Source: a virus
Length of the DNA stretch: 64,000 bases
Strand: one strand, 5' to 3'
IMG/VR virus record: IMGVR_UViG_3300028840_002524
Location: 32,001 to 96,000 of that record
The position numbers and the translations under genes are program-made. Under the pieces are notes generated by a model. It made no database searches and was not told where the DNA came from. It saw only the letters and a list, made by a program, of their open reading frames with translations. This document shows, in pieces, positions 21,408-31,837 of the stretch (positions are counted from its first letter, which is position 1; each line of letters starts with the position of its first letter).

Positions 21408-21817
21408 GCCTCGACCTCAGCCCTATCAGCGGCGTTTGGACCGGCCCGGCGTTCCCCTTCCGCCACGGGGTGGCAGGGGTGCTCGGCCCGAAGTCCGATG
21501 ATGATGTGCTCGCCACGGCGATCCAGATCACGCTCAAGACCCGGAAAGGGTCCTGGAAGCCTGATCCGAGCTTCGGTTCGTTCGTCTGGGACCTCCTCTT
21601 CGAGCCCCTCGATCCGATCACCGAGCAACTTGTCAAGTATTACACCGTGAAAGACATCACGGATCAGATACCCTATGTGGAAGTCACGAGCGTGTCGGTG
21701 GCTTCGTTCCCGGATGACCACCTCGTGGAAGTGAAAATCGCCTACAAGCGGCAGAGCGATGCCACCGACAGCATCAAGCAGACTGCCGTTGTTTTTGACA
21801 AGCAAAGGGCGGCGTGA
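21404..21817 (+). CDS. baseplate wedge gp25 / gpW
   Basis: 'AFPF', 'TRKGSWKPDPSFGSFVWDLLFEP'. Confidence 0.9.
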   Translation: MSLDLSPISGVWTGPAFPFRHGVAGVLGPKSDDDVLATAIQITLKTRKGSWKPDPSFGSFVWDLLFEPLDPITEQLVKYYTVKDITDQIPYVEVTSVSVASFPDDHLVEVKIAYKRQSDATDSIKQTAVVFDKQRAA

Positions 21818-24732
21818 TGGCTCTACCCGAAGTCACCCACACGGAGCGCACACAGGACGCGGTTCTCCGGGCCCTGAATAGCCTTGTGCGCGTCCGGTTC
21901 CCGGCAGATTTCAAGGACGTGTTCAAGGCGGGCGTCTCGCAGGGGTGCCTGTCGGCCCTCGCCTGGATGCACGCGCAGCGGTCCTTCTACTACAACCGCC
22001 TTTCCATCAATGCGTTCCTGGAATCCTGCGACGAACGGGAAGCGTGCCGGGCCCTGTGCAAGGCGCTCGGGTACACCATGCGCCCGGCGTCGAGCGCCTC
22101 GGTGGCCGTACGCGCTTACCCCGACCCGCCCCAGACCGTTCCGGTCACGCTTCGCCAGGGCGAGCAAGTCCTCGTGGGCGACCTGATCTTTGAGGTCCCC
22201 ACCGACTACACCATCCCGGCCGGGAAATCCGTGTGGCCCGACGATACGACCGACAACATCATCTCCCTGGTTGAGGGCTCGACGGCCGAGGACGAGTTCG
22301 TCGGCGACGGGTCCGCGTTCCAGGAGTTCGAGGTGTCCAAGGACGGCGTGATCGACGGTAGCGTGGTCGTGACGATTGCGGGGGAAGTCTGGGACATCGT
22401 GGAATCGGTGATTTTCACCGAGGGTGACGGCTACGGCCGGGACATTTACGAGGGGGACGGCCTCGACAACCAGACGTACGACCTCGCCCTTCTCTACGCG
22501 ATCATAGACCCCGACAGCGAGGACGCCCCCATCATCCTGGTGGACGGCACGCGGTGGCTCCTCGTTAGCTCCTTCACAGGTGCGGCCGAGGAAGTGACGG
22601 TCACGCAGACTGTGGACGGCTTGTCCACCGTGGCTTTCGGTCTCGCGGCCGACGGCTCGGCCCCCGTGAACGGGGCACAGATCGACGTGATCTACCAGAT
22701 CAGCGGGCCGCAGCAGCGGGTGGAGCTCAAGTACGACGATGACGACCGGGCCACGGTTGTGGCAGGAGACGGCGATTCGGGGCTCATCCCGGCCACCGGC
22801 GCGGCCGTTGTGGTCTCCTACCGCGTGGGCGGCGGCACACAGGGCAACATCGACATCGGGGCCCTGGACACCACGATTCGGGGGTATCTCCCGGACGGAA
22901 AGCAAATCAACGTGCGGCTGTACAACTATGAGCCCGGGAGCGGCGGCGAGGATCGAGAGACCCTCGACCACGCCAAGTTCTACGCCCCTCGGGTGGCGAA
23001 GAGCAATGACCGGGCCGTCCGCAAGGAGGACTACGACGCCCTGGGCTCGACCTACATCGACGCGCTCTACGGCGCCCCGGCCTACGCTTCGGCGAAGCTC
23101 AAGCAGGACAAGCCCGAGCGAAACGAGGTCGAGGTGGCTGTCTGGAGCCGGGACGCCAACGGGCGACTCGCCACGGCACAGGACGCGCTCAAGGAGGCCC
23201 TCCGGGGGTACCTCCTCACCAAGCGGGTGGAAACCGTCTACATCACCATGGTGGACGGGACCGTGCTCTACTTCGATGTGGAACTCGGGGTGTCCCTCTA
23301 CACGGGGTATTACTCCGACACGGTGTTCTCCTCCATTCAGACGGCGCTTCAAACCTTTTTCAACTCGGCCCTCGTGAAGCCCGGGGATGACCTGTCGATC
23401 TCGCAGCTCTACGAAGTCCTCCAACAGGTGGAGGGCGTCTATCGGGTGGTGATCTACAACCTCACCGGGACCCTCCAGATGCTCCTGGAGCTGACAGGGG
23501 ATGGCACCACGCAGGCGTTCACGGATCGACTCGTGAAGCCCGACGGCCTCGACATCCAGGGGAACTCGGTCCAGATCAAGACACCGAATCAGGCCAGCCC
23601 GACCCAGACCGTCACGGATGACGGCGACGGGGCGCTCATCGGCGACGTGGACCCCCTCGGCACCAACACGATCAACTACGACACGGGCGAGTTCACGGTC
23701 ACCTTCGGGACGGCCCCCGACTCGGGTGCGGCCATCTACGTCGAAGCCCGCTATGTGTCGAACCTGGAATGGGAGGAGACCCTCGACTCATCCGACGGCG
23801 CCCTCTCCTCCATCGACGTGATCTCGGAGTATTTCCCCATCACCAAGACGCCCCCGAGAGGGGTGGCGTTCGGGCAGACTGTCCAGTTCACCGTCCCCGA
23901 GGAGCTCCAGCCCGTGGTTCCTGGGCGCCTGTTCCTCATCGGGGGATACGGAACCGGCGAGCTCATCGCCTACGACGACGGCGCGGGGAACATCGCGGGC
24001 GACGTGGATGGCACCTACACCAACGAGATCGACTACGAGACCGGTCTCGTGTCCTTCCGCTGGAACGCGGTGCCCCCGGACTCGGGCGGAATTGGCACCA
24101 CCATCACAGTGAGCCCGGTCCCGGACGGGGTTACCACCTCGTTTACCTGGACAGCGGCCGCCATCGGGTGGGCGGCCATTCTGGCAACCGGTCTGTACGA
24201 GGGGCGCCTCAAGATCGACTTCTCGACGGCCTGGGCAGCGTCCGGATTCCGGGATGCGTTCGACAACTGGCAGGGGCGTCTCGACGGCCTGGACCTGGAC
24301 CACTTCGAAATCCCGACCATCGACTACGCGGCCGGTACCGGCACCCTCAAGTTCTTGTCGGCCCCGCAGGCCGGGGAGCCCGCTGTGGTGCCCATCACCC
24401 TCGCGCCCGTCACGGTAATGCTGTACTCGAACTTCGTGTGGTACGTGAAAACGCTGGCGGCGGCCGGTCACGACCATTTCCTCTACGCGGACAACGAGGG
24501 GCGGCTCTGGGGGCAGCCTGCGGCGTCTTATCCGACGAACCAACTCATCCACGCCACAGGCCACCTCATCGCCGACCTCGCCTCCGGGCCGGTGGTCTCG
24601 GGACGTACCCCGATCATCTCCTACGACGCATGGAGGCAGTCGAACAAGCGCGACATCCCGGTGGACTCCCTGGAGATCGGCGGCCTCGGCACCGTTCTCT
24701 CCGAGGAGCTTGAGAAGGAGATCGACCTCTAA
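21817..24732 (+). CDS. baseplate wedge protein J / gp6-like, extended
   Basis: 'ALGY...ASSAS', 'VSYRVGGGTQGNI', 'GSGGEDRET...RAVRKEDY', 'VEGV'. Confidence 0.9.
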   Translation: MALPEVTHTERTQDAVLRALNSLVRVRFPADFKDVFKAGVSQGCLSALAWMHAQRSFYYNRLSINAFLESCDEREACRALCKALGYTMRPASSASVAVRAYPDPPQTVPVTLRQGEQVLVGDLIFEVPTDYTIPAGKSVWPDDTTDNIISLVEGSTAEDEFVGDGSAFQEFEVSKDGVIDGSVVVTIAGEVWDIVESVIFTEGDGYGRDIYEGDGLDNQTYDLALLYAIIDPDSEDAPIILVDGTRWLLVSSFTGAAEEVTVTQTVDGLSTVAFGLAADGSAPVNGAQIDVIYQISGPQQRVELKYDDDDRATVVAGDGDSGLIPATGAAVVVSYRVGGGTQGNIDIGALDTTIRGYLPDGKQINVRLYNYEPGSGGEDRETLDHAKFYAPRVAKSNDRAVRKEDYDALGSTYIDALYGAPAYASAKLKQDKPERNEVEVAVWSRDANGRLATAQDALKEALRGYLLTKRVETVYITMVDGTVLYFDVELGVSLYTGYYSDTVFSSIQTALQTFFNSALVKPGDDLSISQLYEVLQQVEGVYRVVIYNLTGTLQMLLELTGDGTTQAFTDRLVKPDGLDIQGNSVQIKTPNQASPTQTVTDDGDGALIGDVDPLGTNTINYDTGEFTVTFGTAPDSGAAIYVEARYVSNLEWEETLDSSDGALSSIDVISEYFPITKTPPRGVAFGQTVQFTVPEELQPVVPGRLFLIGGYGTGELIAYDDGAGNIAGDVDGTYTNEIDYETGLVSFRWNAVPPDSGGIGTTITVSPVPDGVTTSFTWTAAAIGWAAILATGLYEGRLKIDFSTAWAASGFRDAFDNWQGRLDGLDLDHFEIPTIDYAAGTGTLKFLSAPQAGEPAVVPITLAPVTVMLYSNFVWYVKTLAAAGHDHFLYADNEGRLWGQPAASYPTNQLIHATGHLIADLASGPVVSGRTPIISYDAWRQSNKRDIPVDSLEIGGLGTVLSEELEKEIDL

Positions 24733-26756
24733 TGGCTCTTGCGCATCCTATCTTTGTCCCGCTGTATACAAGCGGTACGCCTGTTGGAATCCTCAAGGTG
24801 GTGCAGAGCGGGTTCTCTACCATCTTCGGGAATGAGAACGGGAACTCGAACATCTCTCTTCCAAGCATCATGACGAAGAATGTGTTTGTCTGGGACGGCA
24901 ACATCATTCTTCCCGTGGGGCATTTCTCCACATCGGCACAGGGCGGTGTTCGATTCAACCCAAAAACGGGCACGTTCAACTTTGGGGATCTATACACGTG
25001 GGCCGCGCAGCGTATCCCCCTTGGGGACCGCATCGGGTTCATCAATACTTCCTGGTTCCAGAGCGGGCCATCTCCCCGCTACAGGGATCACGCCGGTGGG
25101 AGCGGTCCCGCAACAACGCCAAATGAGTGGGCGGTGCTCGGGGATACCGTCCACGTGATCGGTAGCTCGCTCGCAATACAGTGGGCGTACCCCTTCACAA
25201 CCACCCCCGGATCGGTCTCGCTCACGGTGAAGAAGCTTTGTCCCTATAAGGGGTTCATGTACGCCTTGGAGTTCCATGGCGGGGGAGCGAGGCTTGCGAA
25301 GTACAATTCTGGGTGGTCGTGGGTCGCCGCCATACAGCCGATCACGGACCAGGGCGACCTACAAGCCAACGGTGCTGGAGCGGCTTTCTTCGAGGCGGGA
25401 GGAAAGCTGTGGTTCTTCGCCTCGTACAACAACGGAGGAACGCAGTGGCACCGCATCTTCGAGGTGGACGAAACGGCCGGGACGTTCACAGAGGACAACA
25501 CCCTCATTCCCTCGGGGTGGAAAGGGGTCCCGACGAACACTACGCGCCGGTGCTTCGACGTGATCGACGACACGGGTGCATCTCGCCTCGTGTACCTCTT
25601 CGCGCACAATGACGCTGGAGCCGGGTGGGATTGCTACGAGTTCGACGGGGTGAACCCCATGAACGATGGCTCGGGCGGCGATGCCCCTGTTTCGAGCGGC
25701 GGCCACCGACTCGGGGCGACGGCCGGGGCTATCTGGGACGAATCCGCCGCTGGATGCCATGTGGAGCAGTCTTTCGACTCGGTGCCGTCCGAGTACGCCA
25801 CAATCAAACACCGTACCTACGACATCGGCGCCAACGCCCCGGCAGACGTGGACCTTCGGTACGAGGACCTGAGCGACCCCACGAGCCGTCCCGTGTTCCC
25901 TGTCTGCTCCGAGAAGACCGGCGTGGGGAGCGAGGGGAAAACCAACCTCATCACGAAACCGGCCGGGATCACAACCCTCGCCGACCTGAACGATGATTTT
26001 TCGGACGACGTGATCGACCCTATCCTGTGGGAGATTGTTAACCCATCTATCCGAGAATCATCCTATGACTTCGGCGGCGGTTCTACGGCAGGCACGCGCA
26101 TCTTCTACTCCATCGTAGAGGGGAGTGGCGAGATCAGGTTCGGCGCGAGCGCACCGACCCCGGCGGTGCAAGCAAATAATGGAATCGGTCTCAAGAGCAG
26201 ATGGGGCATGACGGGGGCTTTCACGGTTCGCGCCAGGATCGCCAACCTCGCAGCTCTGCTCACGCAAGCGAGCCGGTGGTACAAGATGGTCCTCATGGTG
26301 AAGGAGGCCACCAACCAGGGGTACGGAATCTTCTTCTGGCGGAACACGAACGTGTACGCCAAGGCGTTCTCCATGTCCCCCAACAACGTGATCTCCGTGG
26401 GCGCTGACGGCGCCACCCTGATCACGGACGGGATGGACATGGACATATCCCGCGACGCCCTGGGGAATTTCACCATGACGGTGGACGCCAACGGGACTCC
26501 CGAGGTGCTCGCGTCTCCGGGAACGCTCCCTCTCTACACGGGTGAGATGCAGGCTTGGATCGCCGCCTTTACTGAGACCTCCAGCCAGTGGACAGGTTCG
26601 CCCCAGGGACCGGGGTTCTCCGATTTCCAGGTATTCGGCGCGGGCGGCATCGGGCTGTTCGAGGGCGGAGTACAGCATGATTTCATGTGGGATCATGTCC
26701 TGGACCTCGGCGTGGGCCAGAACCTCTCCGCTGTCATTCACGCTGATACGGATTAA
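24732..26756 (+). CDS. baseplate-attached receptor-binding/structural protein (beta-rich)
   Basis: Trp/Gly/Thr-rich; 'DDFSDDVIDPILW' lectin-like start; located among baseplate genes. Confidence 0.55.
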   Translation: MALAHPIFVPLYTSGTPVGILKVVQSGFSTIFGNENGNSNISLPSIMTKNVFVWDGNIILPVGHFSTSAQGGVRFNPKTGTFNFGDLYTWAAQRIPLGDRIGFINTSWFQSGPSPRYRDHAGGSGPATTPNEWAVLGDTVHVIGSSLAIQWAYPFTTTPGSVSLTVKKLCPYKGFMYALEFHGGGARLAKYNSGWSWVAAIQPITDQGDLQANGAGAAFFEAGGKLWFFASYNNGGTQWHRIFEVDETAGTFTEDNTLIPSGWKGVPTNTTRRCFDVIDDTGASRLVYLFAHNDAGAGWDCYEFDGVNPMNDGSGGDAPVSSGGHRLGATAGAIWDESAAGCHVEQSFDSVPSEYATIKHRTYDIGANAPADVDLRYEDLSDPTSRPVFPVCSEKTGVGSEGKTNLITKPAGITTLADLNDDFSDDVIDPILWEIVNPSIRESSYDFGGGSTAGTRIFYSIVEGSGEIRFGASAPTPAVQANNGIGLKSRWGMTGAFTVRARIANLAALLTQASRWYKMVLMVKEATNQGYGIFFWRNTNVYAKAFSMSPNNVISVGADGATLITDGMDMDISRDALGNFTMTVDANGTPEVLASPGTLPLYTGEMQAWIAAFTETSSQWTGSPQGPGFSDFQVFGAGGIGLFEGGVQHDFMWDHVLDLGVGQNLSAVIHADTD

Positions 26757-27746
26757 ATGAGCGACTACCAGACAACTCGGGGGAACAACCTCGGTATTCA
26801 AACCGAGTACAAGTATGGGCCGTCCCATAGCAAGACGCTCGGGATCTACGAGCTCAATGCCTACGGACCCGCGCTCGCAGCCGAGGTCGGGGTGGACTCT
26901 CGGAACACCACGTACATTCGGATTCTGACCGCGACGCAGCGCCCCTCCACCAACATCCTCGACGTGAGCGGCCTGATCTACGATGACCAGGGCCTCGTGA
27001 TGACCCTCAAAAAGGTCCAGTACGGCCCGTCCGAGAGCGGCCCGTGGACGGATGGAACGATCCTGTCGGCCGACCCGGGCTACAATTTCCCGCCGGGCGC
27101 CGTTCCTGCCGGGACGCCGTACAACGTGCCTGTGGACATCCTCGGCGCCGCCAGCGGCGACAAGTGGTTCCGGATCGAGATGGACTACGATTCGACGACC
27201 ACGGAGCACGTTCAAGGGCCTTTCCCCTTCACGGCCTTTGCGCCGGTGCCGGGGCTTCCCGATTTCCTCACGGTGCCCGAAACAAGCAGGACGGGGGACT
27301 ACCGCATCGAGTGGGGAGCGGGCATCCTCACCGATTACTACGAGCTCGAAGAGGCCACAAACGAGGATTTCACCGACGCCCACCTCGTGGCGACGGGCGT
27401 GGTGTTCGAGTACGAAGTGACCGACAAACCGGACGGGGAGTATTACTACCGCGTCCGTGGGGTGAATGCTTTCAACGTCGGGCCGTGGCTCGTAGGGGAC
27501 AACCCGGTGCAGGTCCTCCCGCCCGAGCCTCCGTCGCTGTTGACGGTGCCCGAGCAGTCCACCACGGGGGCCTACCGTATCTCCTGGACGCCTTCCGAGG
27601 CGGCCGAGTGGTACGAGGTCCAGGAGGACAAGAACCAGTCCTTCCCGAACCCCACTCAAATCTACAGGGGGGAAGGGCTTTTCGTTGACGTGACCGGCCG
27701 CACGGACGGCCGATATTACTACCGCGTGCGGGCAGGGAGAGGCTAA
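26757..27746 (+). CDS. fibronectin type III domain virion protein
   Basis: Two FN3 repeats: 'YRIEW...YELEE...YYYRVRG' and 'YRISW...YEVQE...YYYRVRA'. Confidence 0.85.
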   Translation: MSDYQTTRGNNLGIQTEYKYGPSHSKTLGIYELNAYGPALAAEVGVDSRNTTYIRILTATQRPSTNILDVSGLIYDDQGLVMTLKKVQYGPSESGPWTDGTILSADPGYNFPPGAVPAGTPYNVPVDILGAASGDKWFRIEMDYDSTTTEHVQGPFPFTAFAPVPGLPDFLTVPETSRTGDYRIEWGAGILTDYYELEEATNEDFTDAHLVATGVVFEYEVTDKPDGEYYYRVRGVNAFNVGPWLVGDNPVQVLPPEPPSLLTVPEQSTTGAYRISWTPSEAAEWYEVQEDKNQSFPNPTQIYRGEGLFVDVTGRTDGRYYYRVRAGRG

Positions 27747-28972
27747 TGGGAAGCGTAAGCGCATGGGCCTCTGGAACGAACTCCTGTGAGGTACGGCTCA
27801 CACCCGTTCCGGACCTCTACAACCTCCTCCCCCGCGAGATCATCGAGCGAGATCAGGAGACGGGACACGTCACCTACCTCGACTACTGGGATGATCCCGA
27901 GGAGAGCGGGGTCGAGATATGGGATGACGCCGGGGCCATCTGGGACCGGACCGGATACAAGCCCGTGCTCGAATCCCTGTTCTGGGTGATGGAGCAGGAG
28001 AGCCGCGAGGACCTCATCGCCCTGGAGGACCTGGAGGATCTTCGGGACCCGGACAAGTGCCCGGCCGAGTTCCTCCCGGTCTGGATGCGCTCCCTCGGCC
28101 ACGCCGTCGAGGAGGGCCTCTCGGAGACCGCGCAGCGCGAGACTCTCAAGGCCATCATTCCCCTGAACAAGATCCGGGGAAAACCCCTCTCGTACGTGAT
28201 TTTCTTCCGCATGATCGGCTACCGGATCGTCCAGTGGCCCCTGTGGAAAAAGGAGATTCACGAGGCCCAGGACCGCTACGCCCGCTCCCGCTACGAGACG
28301 GTGACGGCCGTGACGGGGGAAGTTCTCGCCACCATCCCGGTGGGGGCGACGGCCCAGTCACCCATCCGCCCTACCTCCTTCCGCTGCACCGATGGCGTGG
28401 AGACATTCCGGGACGATGGAGAGGGGAACCTGATCGGGAACCAGGGCGGCGACGGCTCTATCATTTACGCCACGGGGGTGTACAGGATAAACTTCGATGC
28501 TGGACCGGCGGGCGCCGTCACGGCCGACTACGACCGCGTGGACGATGAGTACCCCTACCACGCGGCCCGAATCGACCTGGACGTGTACATCACCCCGATC
28601 TCGGGACCGCCGCCCACGGTGGTGGACGCCTCCTTCGTGAAGCAAGTGCTGGACCGCCTCGATGAGGTGAACCCCATCCACGTGCTTCTGAGGAACCTGT
28701 CCTTCATCCTCGAAGAATCGGACGAGCTAATCAACTTCGCCAACGACGCGATGATGTGCGGGCCGCACATGGCCGAGGAGGTCATTTCTACTGAGTGGAA
28801 CTTCTTCACGGGAGACCTCGGAGCCGAGGGGGAGGACTCCCATCTGATCATTGATCAGAGCAACGGGTTCCGCTTCTGTATCCTCGACGATCTCGCCAAT
28901 ATCGTGTGCCCGGCGAGCGATATAATGGAAATCACCAGCACCCCCGCGCAGCCGCATGATGGGGTCTGGTAG
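27746..28972 (+). CDS. baseplate wedge / P2 gpI-like tail protein
   Basis: 'LYNLLP', 'DPDKCPAEFLP...LG', 'KIRGK...IGY', 'VNPIHV'. Confidence 0.8.
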   Translation: MGSVSAWASGTNSCEVRLTPVPDLYNLLPREIIERDQETGHVTYLDYWDDPEESGVEIWDDAGAIWDRTGYKPVLESLFWVMEQESREDLIALEDLEDLRDPDKCPAEFLPVWMRSLGHAVEEGLSETAQRETLKAIIPLNKIRGKPLSYVIFFRMIGYRIVQWPLWKKEIHEAQDRYARSRYETVTAVTGEVLATIPVGATAQSPIRPTSFRCTDGVETFRDDGEGNLIGNQGGDGSIIYATGVYRINFDAGPAGAVTADYDRVDDEYPYHAARIDLDVYITPISGPPPTVVDASFVKQVLDRLDEVNPIHVLLRNLSFILEESDELINFANDAMMCGPHMAEEVISTEWNFFTGDLGAEGEDSHLIIDQSNGFRFCILDDLANIVCPASDIMEITSTPAQPHDGVW

Positions 28973-28980
28973 GAGGGACC

Positions 28981-29442
28981 ATGGCAATATCGACAGCGAC
29001 ACCTGAGTACACATTCGACATCCCGGCGACCAAGGCCGCCCTCCTGTCGGCGCTCGTGCGGCAGAACTTCAACGCTCTCGGGAGCCTGAACCTTACGACG
29101 GACGCGGCCTACCCGCCGAATCCTCGCCAGGGGCTCCCGCGCATCCTCGCCACCGACATCACAAACGTGAAGCTCCAGCTTTACTTGAATGGCGCGTGGA
29201 CGGACATTATCCAGCACCTTGAGTCCACGGACCCGGTGCCTCACAAGGTAATCGTGGCTGTCGCCGCCCCCGGCGCGGCCGCGTGGACCATAGACCACAA
29301 CATCGGGAGCAGAGTCATCGCCCAGGCGTATGACGGTGCTTGGAACCTCCTCAGTCCCACGGCCGTGCAGCAGCCGACCGTGAATAGGGTTACATTCAAC
29401 TTCGCCGGGGCTCAGTGGGGCTTCGCCGTCTGCATCGGATAG
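28981..29442 (+). CDS. tail fibre-associated protein
   Basis: GGAGG RBS; 'WTIDHNIG', 'VTFNF...G' module common in fibres. Confidence 0.6.
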   Translation: MAISTATPEYTFDIPATKAALLSALVRQNFNALGSLNLTTDAAYPPNPRQGLPRILATDITNVKLQLYLNGAWTDIIQHLESTDPVPHKVIVAVAAPGAAAWTIDHNIGSRVIAQAYDGAWNLLSPTAVQQPTVNRVTFNFAGAQWGFAVCIG

Positions 29443-29451
29443 GAGAATGAG

Positions 29452-30315
29452 ATGAGCGACAAGGCACGCAACCGGCTCGCACGGGGCCTCCTGGCCCGGG
29501 TAAAACCGGCCCAACCGAGCAGGCCGAAAGCGGGGAAAAATCTCTTCACGCACGGGGAATCTTCCGATCTCGGACCCACAGCCCGTGGGGAGGTTCGGAT
29601 CACAGCCATCCCGGTGGACCCTGAGACGGGAAAGCCCGTGGGGAAGCCCGAGGTGCTCCACGAGGACAAGAACCTCGTCGTGACGCAGGCCCGTGACCTC
29701 ATGGCTGCGATGGCGGCCGGGGTCGCCAACAGTGCCTTGAATTACATCGAGCTGGGCGATCCCTCCCCCGCAGCAGCCCCGGCCCTGTCAGACACCAACC
29801 TCCAGCAGACCACGGGGCAGCGCAAGGCGTCGGCCCTGGTAGTCACGGGGAACGCGGTCAAGGCCACGTCTCTCTGGCTCGCGGGCGAGGGCAACGGGCT
29901 GACCTACACCGAGGCAGGGCTGTTCACCGGACCCTTCGGCGCAGGCACGATGTTTGCCCGGAAATCCGGGTTCTCCATCGCCAAGACAGCGAGCTTCCAG
30001 CTCCAATTCGAATGGACGATCATCTTCGACGTGCAGGACGCCACGAACTCCGGGTGCACCGGCGTGGCCCTCACGGGTGCTTCCGACCCTGAGCAGCGGT
30101 ACATCTTCATCGGGGCGGGCGGGGAGTCCCAGGTCGTGGTCCCCATTGACTTCGTGATCGGTTCATACCGCCTGGAATTCTTCCTGAACGGCCAGAGGAT
30201 GGTGCCCACCCGGCAGTACAACGAGGCCGCCATCGGGGCGAACAAGGGTGTCAACTTGATCGCGTTCACCCTGAACCTGAACGACGTGTGTTATTTCCGG
30301 TACATCCGGTCGTAG
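29452..30315 (+). CDS. tail fibre proximal / collar protein
   Basis: 'KNLVVTQARDLMA', 'YIELGD', 'GNG..YTEAGLF', 'MFARK...KT...EWTI'; C-term 'FFLNGQR'. Confidence 0.75.
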   Translation: MSDKARNRLARGLLARVKPAQPSRPKAGKNLFTHGESSDLGPTARGEVRITAIPVDPETGKPVGKPEVLHEDKNLVVTQARDLMAAMAAGVANSALNYIELGDPSPAAAPALSDTNLQQTTGQRKASALVVTGNAVKATSLWLAGEGNGLTYTEAGLFTGPFGAGTMFARKSGFSIAKTASFQLQFEWTIIFDVQDATNSGCTGVALTGASDPEQRYIFIGAGGESQVVVPIDFVIGSYRLEFFLNGQRMVPTRQYNEAAIGANKGVNLIAFTLNLNDVCYFRYIRS

Positions 30316-30324
30316 GAGTAAGCC

Positions 30325-31827
30325 ATGGCACTCGACGATATTCCGCGCAGACAACTCGACATCGCTTTCGCCTCCTGGTTCGAGGTCGAGCCCGAGAGCT
30401 CGGCCCCGTTCAATCAGGTGGAAGTACAGGCCGGGGTGTTCTTCAACCTCGCCACCAAGACGCCGTACGTCATGGCTGCCCAGACCTCGGGCGCGTTCGC
30501 CGTGGTCACGGCTCCGGGACGCTACCGCTACGACCTCGTGTACCTCGACCAGACCGGTGTGGTGCAGATCCAGCAAGGGAACGAGCAGGTCGGCGTCGCC
30601 ACCCCATACACAGGCGCCCCCGGCGACGGCGCGGGCCCGGCCATCGTGGGCACGAGTTTCCCACTGGCCTACGTCCTCATCGAGGAGGACGTGACCGTAG
30701 ACATTCAGTCGGGCGACATCACCGACCTGCGGGGGGTGTTCCAGAACACCCTCAACATGGACGCGACGAACCCGGCCGACGTGGACCTTGCAGCGGCGCC
30801 CGGCTCGGCCGAGATCGCTGCCCGGCGGGATCACGTCCACCAACTCAGCGCAGCCCTCCAGACGGCCCTCGCGGCGCCCTACGACAAGGGGAGCACCCTG
30901 TTCTGGACCATCCGGACGGACCTCCCTGGAAACATCAACGCCCGGAGCATGCACTGGATCCTCCACAAGTTCCAGGGCAGGGCGGCCAACGACCCAAACG
31001 TGTGGTTCAACCTGAACGTGGGCACCGAGGAGGTGCTGGAGCTGTGGCCGGTGGACTTCGGTGGGACCGGGAACAACATTGGCCTCGGGTTCGCCGACGA
31101 CACGGACCCTCTCACCGCCGTTTTCCAGAACGGGTGGGTGTACGTGTACCTGATCGGAAACCCGACCAGCGGCGCGGCCGCGCTCGTGTACTCGACCAAC
31201 GGCCCGAGCGTGGGGCCCGGCCTCACGGACCCCGCATTCGCCGGGTACACCGTGTGGCGTCTGATCACCTGTATCGAGGGCGACGCCGCTGGCGGCGACC
31301 CCGTTGCGATCCCGGCCATGAAGATGGACAACATGGTCATCAAGCAGACGGCCACGGGGGCCACCGGCAGCGGAACGAACGTGGGCGGCCACGTCGAGGG
31401 GCTGCTCTGGACGGCCGGGCTTGTGCCGACGCCTATCAGTGTTGCGGAGCACGTATCACCCATCGGAATCGCTGTGTTCTTCAACCTGTGGGCCTATGCG
31501 GAGAACAATACAGGGGCCGGTACCGGCACTGTCGTGGCGAAGTTCCAACCCGATTTCACAACACCCACTCCCGTTGTCCCGCATCTTGCGTCCATCACGG
31601 ACTGGAATGATGCGTTCAAGCAAATCGAGGTGGTGGCGAACTCGAATGGCAGCTTCAGTGACGAGCACTACGTGTACGACGGATTCTGGATGACCCTCTC
31701 CGAGCTGCGCACGTTCCTCCTGGACATCAACATCAACGGGATCGGCACCGAGGCACTGGGGCTGTCCGTCCTTGCGTACATCGAGGTGAATGACCACGAC
31801 CTGATCGACTTCGACTACACCCTGTAG
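30325..31827 (+). CDS. tail fibre protein
   Basis: 'RYDLVYLD..G', 'PLAYV', 'ITDLR', 'AARRDHVH' fibre motifs. Confidence 0.7.
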   Translation: MALDDIPRRQLDIAFASWFEVEPESSAPFNQVEVQAGVFFNLATKTPYVMAAQTSGAFAVVTAPGRYRYDLVYLDQTGVVQIQQGNEQVGVATPYTGAPGDGAGPAIVGTSFPLAYVLIEEDVTVDIQSGDITDLRGVFQNTLNMDATNPADVDLAAAPGSAEIAARRDHVHQLSAALQTALAAPYDKGSTLFWTIRTDLPGNINARSMHWILHKFQGRAANDPNVWFNLNVGTEEVLELWPVDFGGTGNNIGLGFADDTDPLTAVFQNGWVYVYLIGNPTSGAAALVYSTNGPSVGPGLTDPAFAGYTVWRLITCIEGDAAGGDPVAIPAMKMDNMVIKQTATGATGSGTNVGGHVEGLLWTAGLVPTPISVAEHVSPIGIAVFFNLWAYAENNTGAGTGTVVAKFQPDFTTPTPVVPHLASITDWNDAFKQIEVVANSNGSFSDEHYVYDGFWMTLSELRTFLLDININGIGTEALGLSVLAYIEVNDHDLIDFDYTL

Positions 31828-31837
31828 GAGCAGGCAG

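Noticed and set aside
11799-30315. Extracellular contractile injection system, tailocin or T6SS
   Set aside because: Terminase, portal, head morphogenesis and replication genes on the same contig indicate a true phage.
24732-31827. Diversity-generating retroelement or invertible fibre cassette
   Set aside because: No reverse transcriptase, invertase or template/variable repeat pair detected by eye.
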